From Spirochaetia bacterium (GTDB lineage: Bacteria; Spirochaetota; Spirochaetia; CADAEX01): 64,000 bases of DNA. Position numbers and translations under genes: made by a program. The notes beneath the pieces were generated by a model, which did no database searches, was not told the DNA's origin, and was given only the letters and a program-made list of their open reading frames with translations. This document shows, one piece after another, positions 9,652-19,431 of the stretch (positions within the stretch are counted from its first letter, which is position 1; every line of letters begins with the position of its first letter). Location of the stretch: positions 3,296,001-3,360,000 of the forward strand of contig OY759746.1 in assembly GCA_963662795.1 (NCBI GenBank), in the 5' to 3' direction.

Positions 9652-10205
9652 AAAATATTCTTTTGATAGGTCTTAAATTGACAATAATCTGCGCAGTTGC
9701 AGCTTTATTACTTGCCATGGTAAATGCGGCTACAGCACCAAGAATTGCAAATTTAAAAATCCAGGCGCTTGAGGAAGCGCTATCCGTGATAAACAGCACA
9801 GGTAAACCTGGAAATGAGATATTGATAGACGACAGTATAGTTAAAGGTTATTACCCGGTAATACTTGAGAACGGGGAAAAGGTTAGCTATATCCTTACTC
9901 TTAGAGGCGATGGTTATGCAGGAGATCTTAAAATTCTTGCGAATTATGAAAAATCAGGCAAACTTATTGCATGTATCCTGATGGATAACCAGGAAACACC
10001 CGGGCTTGGAAAAGAAGCGGAAAAAATTGAATACATGAATAAATTCATCGGAACCGGTTCAGACAAACCTGTCCCGGTAAAAAAAAGCCAGCTGCCGTCC
10101 GAAGAAGCTGACGCAATAGGGGGCGCTACCATAACATTTACAGGCATTGCAAAAGCGCTTGAATATGGTTCAGGCTTTATTGAAAAGATAGGAGATCAGC
10201 CGTGA
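9648..10205 (+). CDS. rnfG: Rnf complex subunit G
   Basis: N-terminal TM helix, GYAG, ETPGLG, DAIGGATIT (FMN-binding motif). Confidence 0.94.
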   Translation: MKNILLIGLKLTIICAVAALLLAMVNAATAPRIANLKIQALEEALSVINSTGKPGNEILIDDSIVKGYYPVILENGEKVSYILTLRGDGYAGDLKILANYEKSGKLIACILMDNQETPGLGKEAEKIEYMNKFIGTGSDKPVPVKKSQLPSEEADAIGGATITFTGIAKALEYGSGFIEKIGDQP

Positions 10206-10813
10206 TAAAGGAACTGACTAAAGGTATTTTCAGGGAAAACCCCATATTTATCATTGTTCTGGGGCTGTGCCCTGCACTTGGTGTCTCAGGTAAAGTAATA
10301 AATGCGCTTGGTATGGGAGCAGGTGTTATATTTGTTCTTTTAAGTTCAAATATCCTGGTTTCGCTGCTCAAGAATTTTATTCCCGACAAGGTTAGAATAC
10401 CTTCATACATTGTAATCATTGCTTCATTTGTAACTATAGTTGAAATGGTTATGCAGGCTTATTCGCCTGTCCTGTATAAAAATCTTGGAGTTTTTGTCCC
10501 CCTGATTGTTGTAAACTGTGTAATTCTTGGGAGGGCCGAAGCTTTTGCCAATAAAAACAGCCTTCTGCCTTCGATATTCGATGCAATAGGGATGGGAACT
10601 GGTTTTACACTTGGACTGCTTTTAATTGCTCTGATCAGGGAAACACTTGCTTCAGGGACTATAACGCTATTCAGGATAGGAAGTTTCAACGGGATAATAA
10701 CAATCCCCGGACTTGTTGATTCGCCGGTGAGAATTTTCGGAATGGCAGCAGGAGCTCTTCTTGTTATGGGTTACCTTAAAGCGTTTTTCAACTGGTACAC
10801 AACAAGAAATTAG
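10202..10813 (+). CDS. rnfE: Rnf complex subunit E
   Basis: ENP...LGLCPAL, VRIP, LGVFVPLIVVNCVILGRAEAFA. Confidence 0.96.
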   Translation: MIKELTKGIFRENPIFIIVLGLCPALGVSGKVINALGMGAGVIFVLLSSNILVSLLKNFIPDKVRIPSYIVIIASFVTIVEMVMQAYSPVLYKNLGVFVPLIVVNCVILGRAEAFANKNSLLPSIFDAIGMGTGFTLGLLLIALIRETLASGTITLFRIGSFNGIITIPGLVDSPVRIFGMAAGALLVMGYLKAFFNWYTTRN

Positions 10814-10821
10814 GAGGGAAT

Positions 10822-11412
10822 ATGTCGTATATCGGAATAATAATAACTTATGTATTTATAAGTAATTTTATATTGACGCAGTTTCTGGGATTGTGTCCGT
10901 TTATCGGTGTTTCGAAAAATGTTGAATCTGCTGTCGGTATGGGTTTTGCCGTCACATTCGTTATGGGGCTGGCATCGCTTGTAACCTGGGCGATTCAGTT
11001 TTACATACTTGCGCCGCTTAACGTTGTTTTTCTCCAGACAATAACGTTTATTCTTGTTATTGCCGCACTTGTTCAGTTTGTAGAAATGGTTATACAGAAG
11101 ATAGCTCCTCCGCTTTATAAGGCGCTTGGAATCTATCTTCCCCTGATTACTACGAACTGTGCCGTGCTTGGTATTGCCCTTATTTCAGTGAGAAGCAGCT
11201 ATAATGCCATTGAAAGCTTTCTTGCCGGTATATCCGGGGGACTCGGGTTTTTGCTTGCAATACTGATTATGTCCACTATCAGGGAAAAACTGGATTCTGA
11301 AGATGTCCCGAAATTTTTTAAAAATATACCAATAGCGTTTATCACCGCAGGACTGATGTCGATGGCTTTTATGGCATTTGACAAAGCTCTGCTTAAAAAC
11401 CTGATAGGATAA
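10822..11412 (+). CDS. rnfA: Rnf complex subunit A
   Basis: QFLGLCPFIGVS, LGIYLPLITTNCAVLG. Confidence 0.96.
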   Translation: MSYIGIIITYVFISNFILTQFLGLCPFIGVSKNVESAVGMGFAVTFVMGLASLVTWAIQFYILAPLNVVFLQTITFILVIAALVQFVEMVIQKIAPPLYKALGIYLPLITTNCAVLGIALISVRSSYNAIESFLAGISGGLGFLLAILIMSTIREKLDSEDVPKFFKNIPIAFITAGLMSMAFMAFDKALLKNLIG

Positions 11413-11424
11413 CTGGAGTCTGTA

Positions 11425-12225
11425 ATGTTTAACACAATTCTATATGCTTTTATCTCAGTTTCTCTTCTTGGGGCTTTTTTCGGCATAGGCCTTGCAATAG
11501 CTGCAAAATATCTGTATGTCAAAAAAGAAAAAAAACTGACAGACCTTGAAGAGGCGCTTCCAGGCTATAACTGCGGAGCATGCGGTTATGCAGGCTGTGC
11601 AGCCTATGCCGAGGCGATATTTAATGGAATAGCAGCAAATATTACCCTTTGTTCACCGGGAGGCGCAGAAACAGCACAGAAAGTGGCGGACATAATGGAA
11701 GTAACCATTGATGTCTCTCATGAAAAGAAAGTTGCCTTTGTTCATTGCAAAGGAGGTAAAAATACAGCCAAATACGCTTTTGAATATAAAGGAATTACAG
11801 ACTGCAATGCTGCTTACAGCATGTATCAGGGTAATAAAGTCTGTAAATACGGCTGTCTCGGACTGGGAAGCTGTATCCGTGTGTGTCCGGTTGATGCCAT
11901 AGCCTATGATAATCAGGGATTGGTCGTTGTAGACAAGGAAAAGTGCATATCCTGCAACCAATGTGTTACTGTATGCCCTTCCGGAGTCATGAAAATGATT
12001 CCATATTCTGCAGATTATGTCGTTGCCTGTAATTCAAAAGATAAGGGCGCAGTTACAAGAAAAGCTTGCACAGTTGGCTGTATAGGTTGTAAAATGTGTG
12101 AAAAGAAGTCGCCGGACGGCGGTTTTAAGGTTGAAAATTTTCTGGCCGAGATAGATTACAGTGCAAACGGGGAACGGAAAAATGCTGCCGATGCCTGTCC
12201 TGTAAAATGCATTGTGACAAACTGA
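11425..12225 (+). CDS. rnfB: Rnf complex subunit B (polyferredoxin-type)
   Basis: LPGYNCGACGYAGC, CSPGG, CKYGCLGLGSCIRVCP, CISCNQCVTVCP, CTVGCIGCKMC. Confidence 0.95.
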   Translation: MFNTILYAFISVSLLGAFFGIGLAIAAKYLYVKKEKKLTDLEEALPGYNCGACGYAGCAAYAEAIFNGIAANITLCSPGGAETAQKVADIMEVTIDVSHEKKVAFVHCKGGKNTAKYAFEYKGITDCNAAYSMYQGNKVCKYGCLGLGSCIRVCPVDAIAYDNQGLVVVDKEKCISCNQCVTVCPSGVMKMIPYSADYVVACNSKDKGAVTRKACTVGCIGCKMCEKKSPDGGFKVENFLAEIDYSANGERKNAADACPVKCIVTN

Positions 12226-12279
12226 CAAAAGCGGAAATTTTATTCTTTAAAAGACAGTTAAAAATAAAGCAGAGAATGG

Positions 12280-14046
12280 ATGAATGAAAAAAATTTAATA
12301 ATAGGCCTTTCCTCAATGAATCTTGCTGATTCTGAACAGGAGGCTGAAGAAAAATATCAAAAAGTATATAAACCTTTCCTTAGAGAACTATATAATTTCC
12401 CCGAAATTAAAGCAGTGCTTCATTTTTCGGGTGTACTGCTTGAATGGTTTAATGATAAACATCCGGAAGTACTCATGTTGCTGGAAGAACTTGTTAAAAA
12501 AAGAAAACAGGTCGAGATTTTAGGCGGCGGCTTTTATGAACCGCTTTTCCCAATGCTTTCTGCCCAGGACCGGAGCGGACAGCTGGAGGCTCTTACAACA
12601 CTGCTGAGAAAAAAATTCGGCAAACGGCCGAGAGGCTGCTGGATTCCGGGCAACTACTGGGACAATTCGCTTATTCTTCCCATAAAAAACAGCGGTATGG
12701 ATTATATATTTCTTGATTATGATTTCATTGATACCGGAATTGAAAATAATGGCGATATATACAGTACTTTCATAACCGAAGACAGCGGTAAGCTGATAAA
12801 TGTATTTCCTGTTCATGCTGCTCTTGCTTCATTGGATAGTTCAGATGTAAACAGCTATATTGACATGCTTAAAATCAGGGGAAACGGAGAAAATTCAATT
12901 ATTTCCCTGATATTTTCAGACACTGATATCGAGAAAAAATCAGAAAAATGGTTTGAAGATTTTTTTTTACAAATCAAAAGCGACAGGGATCTTAACATAA
13001 CCAGTCCTTCATTGTATCTTAAAAAGATCCAAAAATATTCCAAAGTTTATATACAGAATTCTGATTATTATAAAAAAATATTTTCCGACTGTTACTACAT
13101 CAATCTTTTATACGCAAGGATGGTTCATGTACAGACGCTGATTAACCAGATACGCGGGGACAAGTATAAAAAAAAATCTGCAGTAGAATCTCTCTGGGCT
13201 GGACAAAATTTTTTTTCATATACTATCAATCATTTTAAAGAAGACGACATAACCGGAAAAATGCAAAACAGGGCAAAGACATACAGGAATCTGATTGAAG
13301 CCGAGATCCTTACCCGCCAGAAAGGGGTCTTTATCCCCTCACTTTTTAAAAGTGATTTTGATATGGACGGGTTTGATGAATTCCTCTATCTGGGTGAAGA
13401 TTACAATACATTTGTCCATCTTGAGGGGGGAGCAGTTTTTGAACTGGACTCCCTTAAAGATAAATGGAATTACTGCAATATTGTTAATTATTCAGAAAAC
13501 TGCAACAGCTTTAAAAAAAGCTGTTGTGATTATTTTGTTGATAATGATAAAGAGTTTAACTCTATACAGGAATTTATTGATTTTGACATAGCCGGTATTA
13601 CTGAAAAGGAATACAGCATTAATAGTTTTGAACGTGAACAGAAAACACTATCCATGTCTATCAGGGTAAAAAACAGTGAAAAACCTTTTTCGTTTAAAAT
13701 GGTAAAGCAGTACCGTTTTTTGAAAAAGAAATTCGATGTTTCATACAGCATTATCAATACCGGATCTACAGTAATTAATCATAAATTCGGGGTAAATATT
13801 CTTTTATCACTTTGTTACAGCAATGGCGATGACAGAAAAAATAAAATAAAAAAAACATCCAATAACATACAATTGGAGGACTCAATTTCAGGTATATTAA
13901 TTAAATCAGACAGGGATGCGGATATCTATCAGGAAGAGGAATGTAAAAACGGTATTTACTGCTATACTTCTGTCATGCCGGTATGTGATATTATCTCACT
14001 TGAACCGGGAAAGTCATGGGAAAACAGGATAGAAATTAAAGTCTAA
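12280..14046 (+). CDS. GH57 alpha-amylase/4-alpha-glucanotransferase-like protein with C-terminal DUF1926-like domain (possibly inactive)
   Basis: LHFSGVLLEW, VEILGGGFYEP, FGKRPRGCWIP, DFDMDGFDE, GGAVFELD. Confidence 0.82.
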   Translation: MNEKNLIIGLSSMNLADSEQEAEEKYQKVYKPFLRELYNFPEIKAVLHFSGVLLEWFNDKHPEVLMLLEELVKKRKQVEILGGGFYEPLFPMLSAQDRSGQLEALTTLLRKKFGKRPRGCWIPGNYWDNSLILPIKNSGMDYIFLDYDFIDTGIENNGDIYSTFITEDSGKLINVFPVHAALASLDSSDVNSYIDMLKIRGNGENSIISLIFSDTDIEKKSEKWFEDFFLQIKSDRDLNITSPSLYLKKIQKYSKVYIQNSDYYKKIFSDCYYINLLYARMVHVQTLINQIRGDKYKKKSAVESLWAGQNFFSYTINHFKEDDITGKMQNRAKTYRNLIEAEILTRQKGVFIPSLFKSDFDMDGFDEFLYLGEDYNTFVHLEGGAVFELDSLKDKWNYCNIVNYSENCNSFKKSCCDYFVDNDKEFNSIQEFIDFDIAGITEKEYSINSFEREQKTLSMSIRVKNSEKPFSFKMVKQYRFLKKKFDVSYSIINTGSTVINHKFGVNILLSLCYSNGDDRKNKIKKTSNNIQLEDSISGILIKSDRDADIYQEEECKNGIYCYTSVMPVCDIISLEPGKSWENRIEIKV

Positions 14047-15305
14047 TAGGATAAAAGAATTTTATCCAGCCAGACCCTTGATTCCGGATAAAAACTTTCT
14101 GAAGATTTCAAAAACTCAAAAAATGCATATTCCGGTCTGTCGAGAAAATAATAAGACTGTCCCAGATAGAATGATACTCTGTTTTTAAGAGATTTGCGTT
14201 CCGATGTCCTTGAAAGGTCAAGGAGATTTTTAACGCTTTCCTGCCAGTTCCTTTTAAGGAAATATTTTTCAATAATGACAGATAACCTGATCTCTTCGGC
14301 GGTTTTTCCATTTTTAACAGTTTTTTCCGGCATTTCAAGAGTCACTGGAATGAGTTCCTCAGTATTGATATTGTATCCTGATATCAGTAAATCAATTTTA
14401 TTTTTTGTTGAATCAGATATTTTTTTAAAAGAAATATTGTATTCCGGGCCTGCCGTTTTTATCCTGCTGCCGGTTTCAAGGTAATTGTTGATTTTAAATC
14501 CAGGCAAAGGCTCTGCCCTTAAAGCGGAAAGATTTGATTGCTTCTCCTGCCCGGGCGTTAATGCTATTTCTGCCGCGCTTAAAGTTGTATTTTCAAATGG
14601 TATTAATTCGGCGTTTAGATTTTTTAGCAATTCAGCATCAATTACACAGTAATAATACGGAACTCCCGGAATGGGATAATCAGTGTAGCTTTTCCGGTAT
14701 GAAGGAATAATATTAAGTATTGTTGAAGACAGGATATCTTCCCTGCCGAATATGGGTTCAATATGTCTGAGGACGGCAAGATACCTCTCAGGTGAATCAG
14801 CGTTGAAATCAAGAAAAATTGAATCTTTAGCCGCAGCTGCTGTCAGATATCGGACCGAGGCAGTGTTTTCTCCTATCTTATCAATGGATTTTATTGAAAC
14901 CGGTTTTAACGTTATATTCCGGTAAGGGAGGAAGATGTCAAAAATATTGCCTTCCTTATTCTTTGCAATGACTGCATAATAAAAATCAGTGTTATTTATC
15001 GTACTGTCTGAATAATTTTCAGCACCCTGAGGAATTTCATCTACAAGAAACGCATCTGCAAAATTATTCCTGTTTATTTCTTCAGTATGCCTGTATATTA
15101 GATATGTACCGTCAATGTCTCTTGAATCTTTCCATGTAATATTTATCAGTGAATTGCTTTCTACTGCTTTTAATCTTGAAATAAAAGGAGCAAAAACAAA
15201 GTTTTCTTCGCAAGGTGCACCAGGCTGGAGAAGAAGAATCAGCAGAAGTGAAAAAAAGCCTATAATTGTGTATTTTTTCTTTGATTTAAAGAATGATTTC
15301 ATCAT
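14043..15305 (-). CDS. Exported hypothetical protein with two FN3-like segments and a C-terminal TPR
   Basis: Signal-like N-terminus; W...YLIYR...YYAVIA and YTD...YYCVID repeats; FYLGQSYYF TPR helix. Confidence 0.7.
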   Translation of the reverse strand: MMKSFFKSKKKYTIIGFFSLLLILLLQPGAPCEENFVFAPFISRLKAVESNSLINITWKDSRDIDGTYLIYRHTEEINRNNFADAFLVDEIPQGAENYSDSTINNTDFYYAVIAKNKEGNIFDIFLPYRNITLKPVSIKSIDKIGENTASVRYLTAAAAKDSIFLDFNADSPERYLAVLRHIEPIFGREDILSSTILNIIPSYRKSYTDYPIPGVPYYYCVIDAELLKNLNAELIPFENTTLSAAEIALTPGQEKQSNLSALRAEPLPGFKINNYLETGSRIKTAGPEYNISFKKISDSTKNKIDLLISGYNINTEELIPVTLEMPEKTVKNGKTAEEIRLSVIIEKYFLKRNWQESVKNLLDLSRTSERKSLKNRVSFYLGQSYYFLDRPEYAFFEFLKSSESFYPESRVWLDKILLSY

Positions 15306-15351
15306 TATATATTATATCGGCTTGTGGTTTTATTACCCATAGTAAAAGGGT

Positions 15352-15379
15352 TTGACAACAGTAAAAATATATTTAAACT
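15352..15379 (+). promoter_or_regulatory. sigma70-like promoter of the cas2-like gene (leaderless geometry)
   Basis: TTGACA (15352-57), 16 nt, TAAACT (15374-79); ATG follows 7 nt later with no Shine-Dalgarno. Confidence 0.6.
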
Positions 15380-15386
15380 ATGTAAT

Positions 15387-15656
15387 ATGTTTGTATCTGT
15401 AACCTATGATCTTTCGTCTGATGACACTCTGAACAAGGTAAGGGAAATCCTTATTTTTTACGGATTTAAGGAAGTGCTTAAAAATGTGTTTGAATCTGAG
15501 TCAATCAGGGATAATACATTAAAAAAATTAAAAAGAGATATCGACAGGGTTACAGACCATTTTGACAAGGTTAGATTTTATCAATATCCTTATGAGGAAT
15601 TGTTTGCCATAACAATGCTGGAAAAAAAGAAATGGAAAAGAATGCTGCTTAAATGA
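15387..15656 (+). CDS. cas2: Solitary Cas2-like (Cas2/VapD ferredoxin-fold) protein, 89 aa
   Basis: MFVSVTYDL (Cas2 beta1 with conserved Asp), L..YGF..VLKNVFE (cf. YGxRVQxSVFE), DKVRFYQY (cf. DSVRIY); size fits Cas2. The start is placed at ATG 15387 rather than GTG 15324. Confidence 0.72.
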   Translation: MFVSVTYDLSSDDTLNKVREILIFYGFKEVLKNVFESESIRDNTLKKLKRDIDRVTDHFDKVRFYQYPYEELFAITMLEKKKWKRMLLK

Positions 15657-15664
15657 GGAAATAA

Positions 15665-16766
15665 ATGTTAATAGATTATCAGGTCCCCTTAAACAAAATT
15701 ACCAATGAAATAACTCAATCCTGGAGGCATCTTTGACCCGGATATCAGAAAAAAAGAGATTGAAGAATTAGAGAGAAAAACCTATGACGAAGGATTCTGG
15801 GAAGACCGCAAGGAAGCTGAAATCACCCTTACAAAGCTTAAAAGGATTAAAGACGCTTTTCGGCCGTGGGAAAATCTTGTAATTGAATCAGACGATTTAA
15901 AAGAGCTTTTTGAAATGGCCCTGGCCGAGAAAGATGAATCACTTGAAAAAGGGATTGCGGAAAGCATTAAAAGCATTGAAGAAAAATATGCAGAACTTAA
16001 AACCATACAGCTTCTCGGCGATGAAATGGATAATGCGGATGCTTTTATAACAATTCACTCAGGAGCAGGCGGAACAGAAGCCTGCGACTGGGTAAGCATG
16101 CTTTACCGGATGTATACAAGATGGACAGAACGGAAAGGTTTTGATATCGAAGTAATTGATATGCTTGAAGCGGAAGGGGGACTTAAGTCTGTTACTGTAC
16201 AGGTTAAAGGCAGCTATGCCCACGGCTATTTAAAAGGTGAGTCAGGAATCCACAGGCTTGTCAGGATTTCCCCTTTTGACTCAAATGCCAGAAGACACAC
16301 CTCTTTTGCCTCTGTTTATATATCGCCTGTGATAGAAGATGATATAAATGTGGAGATAAGGCCGGAAGATCTAAGGGTAGATACCTACAGGGCATCCGGT
16401 GCCGGCGGACAGCACATAAACAAGACAGACTCCGCGATAAGGATAACACATCTTGAAACAGGAATTGTAGTACAATGCCAGACAGAGAGAAGCCAGCATA
16501 AAAACAGGGCAAATGCCATGAAAGTCCTCAAGTCAAAGCTTTATGAGTATTACAGGCAGAAGCAGGATGAAGAAAATGAAAAATACAGTCAGGAAAAGAA
16601 AGATATTGCGTGGGGAAGCCAGATAAGATCCTATGTTTTTCAACCCTATACAATGGTAAAAGATCACAGGACAAAACACGAAATAGGCAATATTCAGGGT
16701 GTTATGGATGGAAATATTGATCCGTTCATTGAGGAATATCTAAATTTTATATGGAAAAATAAGTAA
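15665..16766 (+). CDS. prfB: Peptide chain release factor 2 with programmed +1 frameshift
   Basis: The short ORF MLIDYQVPLNKITNEITQSWRHL ends in CTT TGA C; the +1 frame continues DPDIRKKEIEELE... with SPF anticodon-mimic and GGQ motifs. Confidence 0.97.
15723..15737 (+). promoter_or_regulatory. RF2 autoregulatory frameshift site
   Basis: Internal SD GGAGG (15723-27), 3-nt spacer, then CTT TGA C (15731-37): the canonical prfB slippery site. Confidence 0.95.
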
Positions 16767-16768
16767 AA

Positions 16769-17134
16769 ATGAAATCCGGTGTATTAATTGTTGATGATCT
16801 GCAATTTGTCAGAATTTCAATTAAGGAAGTACTTGAGAAAGAAGGAATCCCGATAGCAGGGGAAGCTGCCGATGGCATGGCCGCGCTTGAGCTGTATGAG
16901 AAAACAAAGCCGGATATTGTACTCCTTGACATTACAATGCCTGTGATGGATGGATTAAGCGCGTTAAAATTCCTCAAAGTAAGATATCCTGAATCAAATG
17001 TAATCATGTGTTCTGCGCTCGGACAGCAGAAATACATAATCAGGGCTATTCAGCTTGGGGCTTCAGATTTTGTAGTGAAACCTTTCAAGCCGGAAAGACT
17101 CATCAGCTCTATCCTGAAAACCCTGAGGGGTTAA
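16769..17134 (+). CDS. CheY-like single-domain response regulator
   Basis: VLIVDD, DIVLLDITMPVMDG, MCSA, GASDFVVKPF. Confidence 0.92.
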   Translation: MKSGVLIVDDLQFVRISIKEVLEKEGIPIAGEAADGMAALELYEKTKPDIVLLDITMPVMDGLSALKFLKVRYPESNVIMCSALGQQKYIIRAIQLGASDFVVKPFKPERLISSILKTLRG

Positions 17135-18555
17135 TGAAAACCAGACTTTTAATAGCGGCCTTATTGTTCTTCTCTTTTTCCATGCTTTATGCAGAAAAAT
17201 TGATTCTGCTTGACGAAAAAGACAAATGGAATATTGCAATTGCTGATTTTAAAATTACTGATTCTTCTTCCGATTCAATTTATCTGAGGAATTCGATTCC
17301 AGCTTTTCTATATAATCAGCTATCATCCTGTCTCAGTCACACGCTGACGGAAAATGAAATATTACTGCTCCAAAACAGGATTATAATTGAAAAAATTGAA
17401 GAAAAAGAGAGTAAACTGGCAGCATATTCAAAAGACTTTAATTTGACTTACTTTAATGAAAGTACGAAAAGAAAGGAACTCCGGGACAGTATACAATTAA
17501 CTGAAAAAGAAATAAGACAGCTTAAAAAATACAGTCCTGAAAAAATAAAAATAAATCCGATAAAAGAGATCTCTTTTATTACTGAAGGGGAAAATACTGA
17601 GAAAATTTCATTCGATCCGGTCAATATCGGTGTCTTTGCAGACAGAAAGAATTCTGATTATGTTATTTATGGTTCTGCAGGACAATTTGATGATCTTTTA
17701 CTTCTTGAAATCAGGTTATACAGTTCTTTGGTTAAAAAAGATATATATGTGAATTCAGTATCCGCTGACATCAATTCCCTTTTTACCTCACTGGATAAGA
17801 CTGTTTCTGATTTAACTTCCATACTCCTGGGTACTTCATGGAGCAAGCTTACAGTCGATACAAATATGGGCGATGCTGATATATACCTGAATAACAAATA
17901 TATCGGAAGCAGCAATGTCAAGAATATTATTGTAAAGCCCGGGAAACATCTTCTTACAGTTAAGGGACAGGGGATAGCTGAGAAGGAACTTGAAATATTT
18001 CTCGAAGAAAATAAAGAAAACGTTATAAACATGGAAACAGAGGAAAAAGAGGAAAAACTGACAGCAATAAATACTCTCCCGCCTGATGCTGATATCTATT
18101 ATGATTCACTTTGGCGGGGGAGGAGCCCGTATCTCTTAAACGGACTATCTGGAGAATTATATATAAAAAAAGAAGGGTACAGGGATTTAAAACTTTTTAT
18201 CGATGATTATCCTGAAAACAGTATTACTTTACAGCTTTCTCCTGATATCTTTAAAAAAGAGGAATATTTTGATAACAGGAGAGACACCTTTTACAGAAAT
18301 TTTTCTTTCTTCATTTTATCAGTGCCTCTTCCGTTTTTCCTGTTCGCAGTTCTCAATGATTACAGCGACGCCTATAATAATTCTTTAAGTTCCGGAACCA
18401 ACAGCAGTGAAACTGAAAGGCTCAGGAAATTAACCAGCTTTACTTATTATGGTTATTACGGTAGCCTGTTTTTAACAATTTCCCTTTTTGTAAATACAAT
18501 ATTTCATTTGAATGATTATATCAAAGCAGGCGATATACTTGGACAGGAGCAGTAA
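17134..18555 (+). CDS. PEGA domain-containing exported/membrane protein
   Basis: Start moved to the ATG overlapping the cheY stop (TAATG); signal peptide MKTRLLIAALLFF; two PEGA-like repeats (ADIYLNNKYIG...PGKH.L.V; PPDADIYYD..W.G.SP...KKEGY); C-terminal hydrophobic helices. Confidence 0.8.
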   Translation: MKTRLLIAALLFFSFSMLYAEKLILLDEKDKWNIAIADFKITDSSSDSIYLRNSIPAFLYNQLSSCLSHTLTENEILLLQNRIIIEKIEEKESKLAAYSKDFNLTYFNESTKRKELRDSIQLTEKEIRQLKKYSPEKIKINPIKEISFITEGENTEKISFDPVNIGVFADRKNSDYVIYGSAGQFDDLLLLEIRLYSSLVKKDIYVNSVSADINSLFTSLDKTVSDLTSILLGTSWSKLTVDTNMGDADIYLNNKYIGSSNVKNIIVKPGKHLLTVKGQGIAEKELEIFLEENKENVINMETEEKEEKLTAINTLPPDADIYYDSLWRGRSPYLLNGLSGELYIKKEGYRDLKLFIDDYPENSITLQLSPDIFKKEEYFDNRRDTFYRNFSFFILSVPLPFFLFAVLNDYSDAYNNSLSSGTNSSETERLRKLTSFTYYGYYGSLFLTISLFVNTIFHLNDYIKAGDILGQEQ

Positions 18556-19431
18556 ATGGCAAAATTGAATCTTGGGCAAAAACTTAAAAATATTTTCAAA
18601 TTAAATAAAGGCAATCAGGAATTTTTTGATGATCTAGAAGATATTCTGGTCGAATCCGATATGGGTGTCGGAGTTTCAGTTGATATAGTAAAAGAACTTA
18701 AGGAACATGCTGCCGGAAAAAAGATTACAGGTGAGGAAAATATTATCAGACTGTTAAAAGAAATTATCTCCGGTAAGATCCTTGAGTATAAATTTACCCT
18801 TGATAATGACAATCTTGTTTTGATCCTCTTTTTGGGTGTTAACGGAGTGGGGAAAACCACAACAATAGCAAAAACCGCAAATTTCATAAAAGAGAATTAC
18901 CCACGAAAAGGGATAATACTTTCAGCTGCAGACACATTCAGGGCTGCCGCAATTGAACAGCTTAAAATCCATGGAGAAAGACTTGGAGTGAGGGTCGTAA
19001 GCCAGGAGCATGGCTCAGATCCCGGGGCTGTTATATTCGACACTATCGAGAGCGCAAAAGCAAAGGGTGAAAAGGTAATACTCGCTGATACTGCCGGGAG
19101 AATGCATAACAGGGTTAATCTTGTCAAAGAACTCCAGAAGATTGATAAAATTATCAAAAACAGGATTGAAAAAGATAACTACCTTAAATTTCTGGTAATA
19201 GATTCAACTACAGGCCAGAACGGCCTTAGTCAGGCTGAAATATTTCATGAAGCGATTGGTATTGATGCTGTTGTAATGGCCAAAAGCGATTCATCAGCCA
19301 AAGGCGGTATTGCGGCAGCAATTTCAGGCAAGCTGGGACTCCCTTTTGTTTTTTTAGGTACAGGAGAAAAATACGGAGATTTAAAACAATTCAGTAAGGA
19401 TGAATATCTGGATAACCTTTTAAATGTTTAA
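18556..19431 (+). CDS. ftsY: Signal recognition particle receptor FtsY (short NG-only form)
   Basis: GVNGVGKTTT, DTFRAAA, DTAGR, GTGE. Confidence 0.96.
   Translation: MAKLNLGQKLKNIFKLNKGNQEFFDDLEDILVESDMGVGVSVDIVKELKEHAAGKKITGEENIIRLLKEIISGKILEYKFTLDNDNLVLILFLGVNGVGKTTTIAKTANFIKENYPRKGIILSAADTFRAAAIEQLKIHGERLGVRVVSQEHGSDPGAVIFDTIESAKAKGEKVILADTAGRMHNRVNLVKELQKIDKIIKNRIEKDNYLKFLVIDSTTGQNGLSQAEIFHEAIGIDAVVMAKSDSSAKGGIAAAISGKLGLPFVFLGTGEKYGDLKQFSKDEYLDNLLNV

Noticed and set aside
7238-12225. Rnf operon as a novel system
   Set aside because: Canonical rnfCDGEAB order and motifs; well described in anaerobes.
15309-15345. sigma28-like GCCGATAT on the minus strand (and AACGATAA near 41577-41584)
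   Set aside because: No TAAA -35 element at the proper spacing, so I cannot support a FliA promoter.
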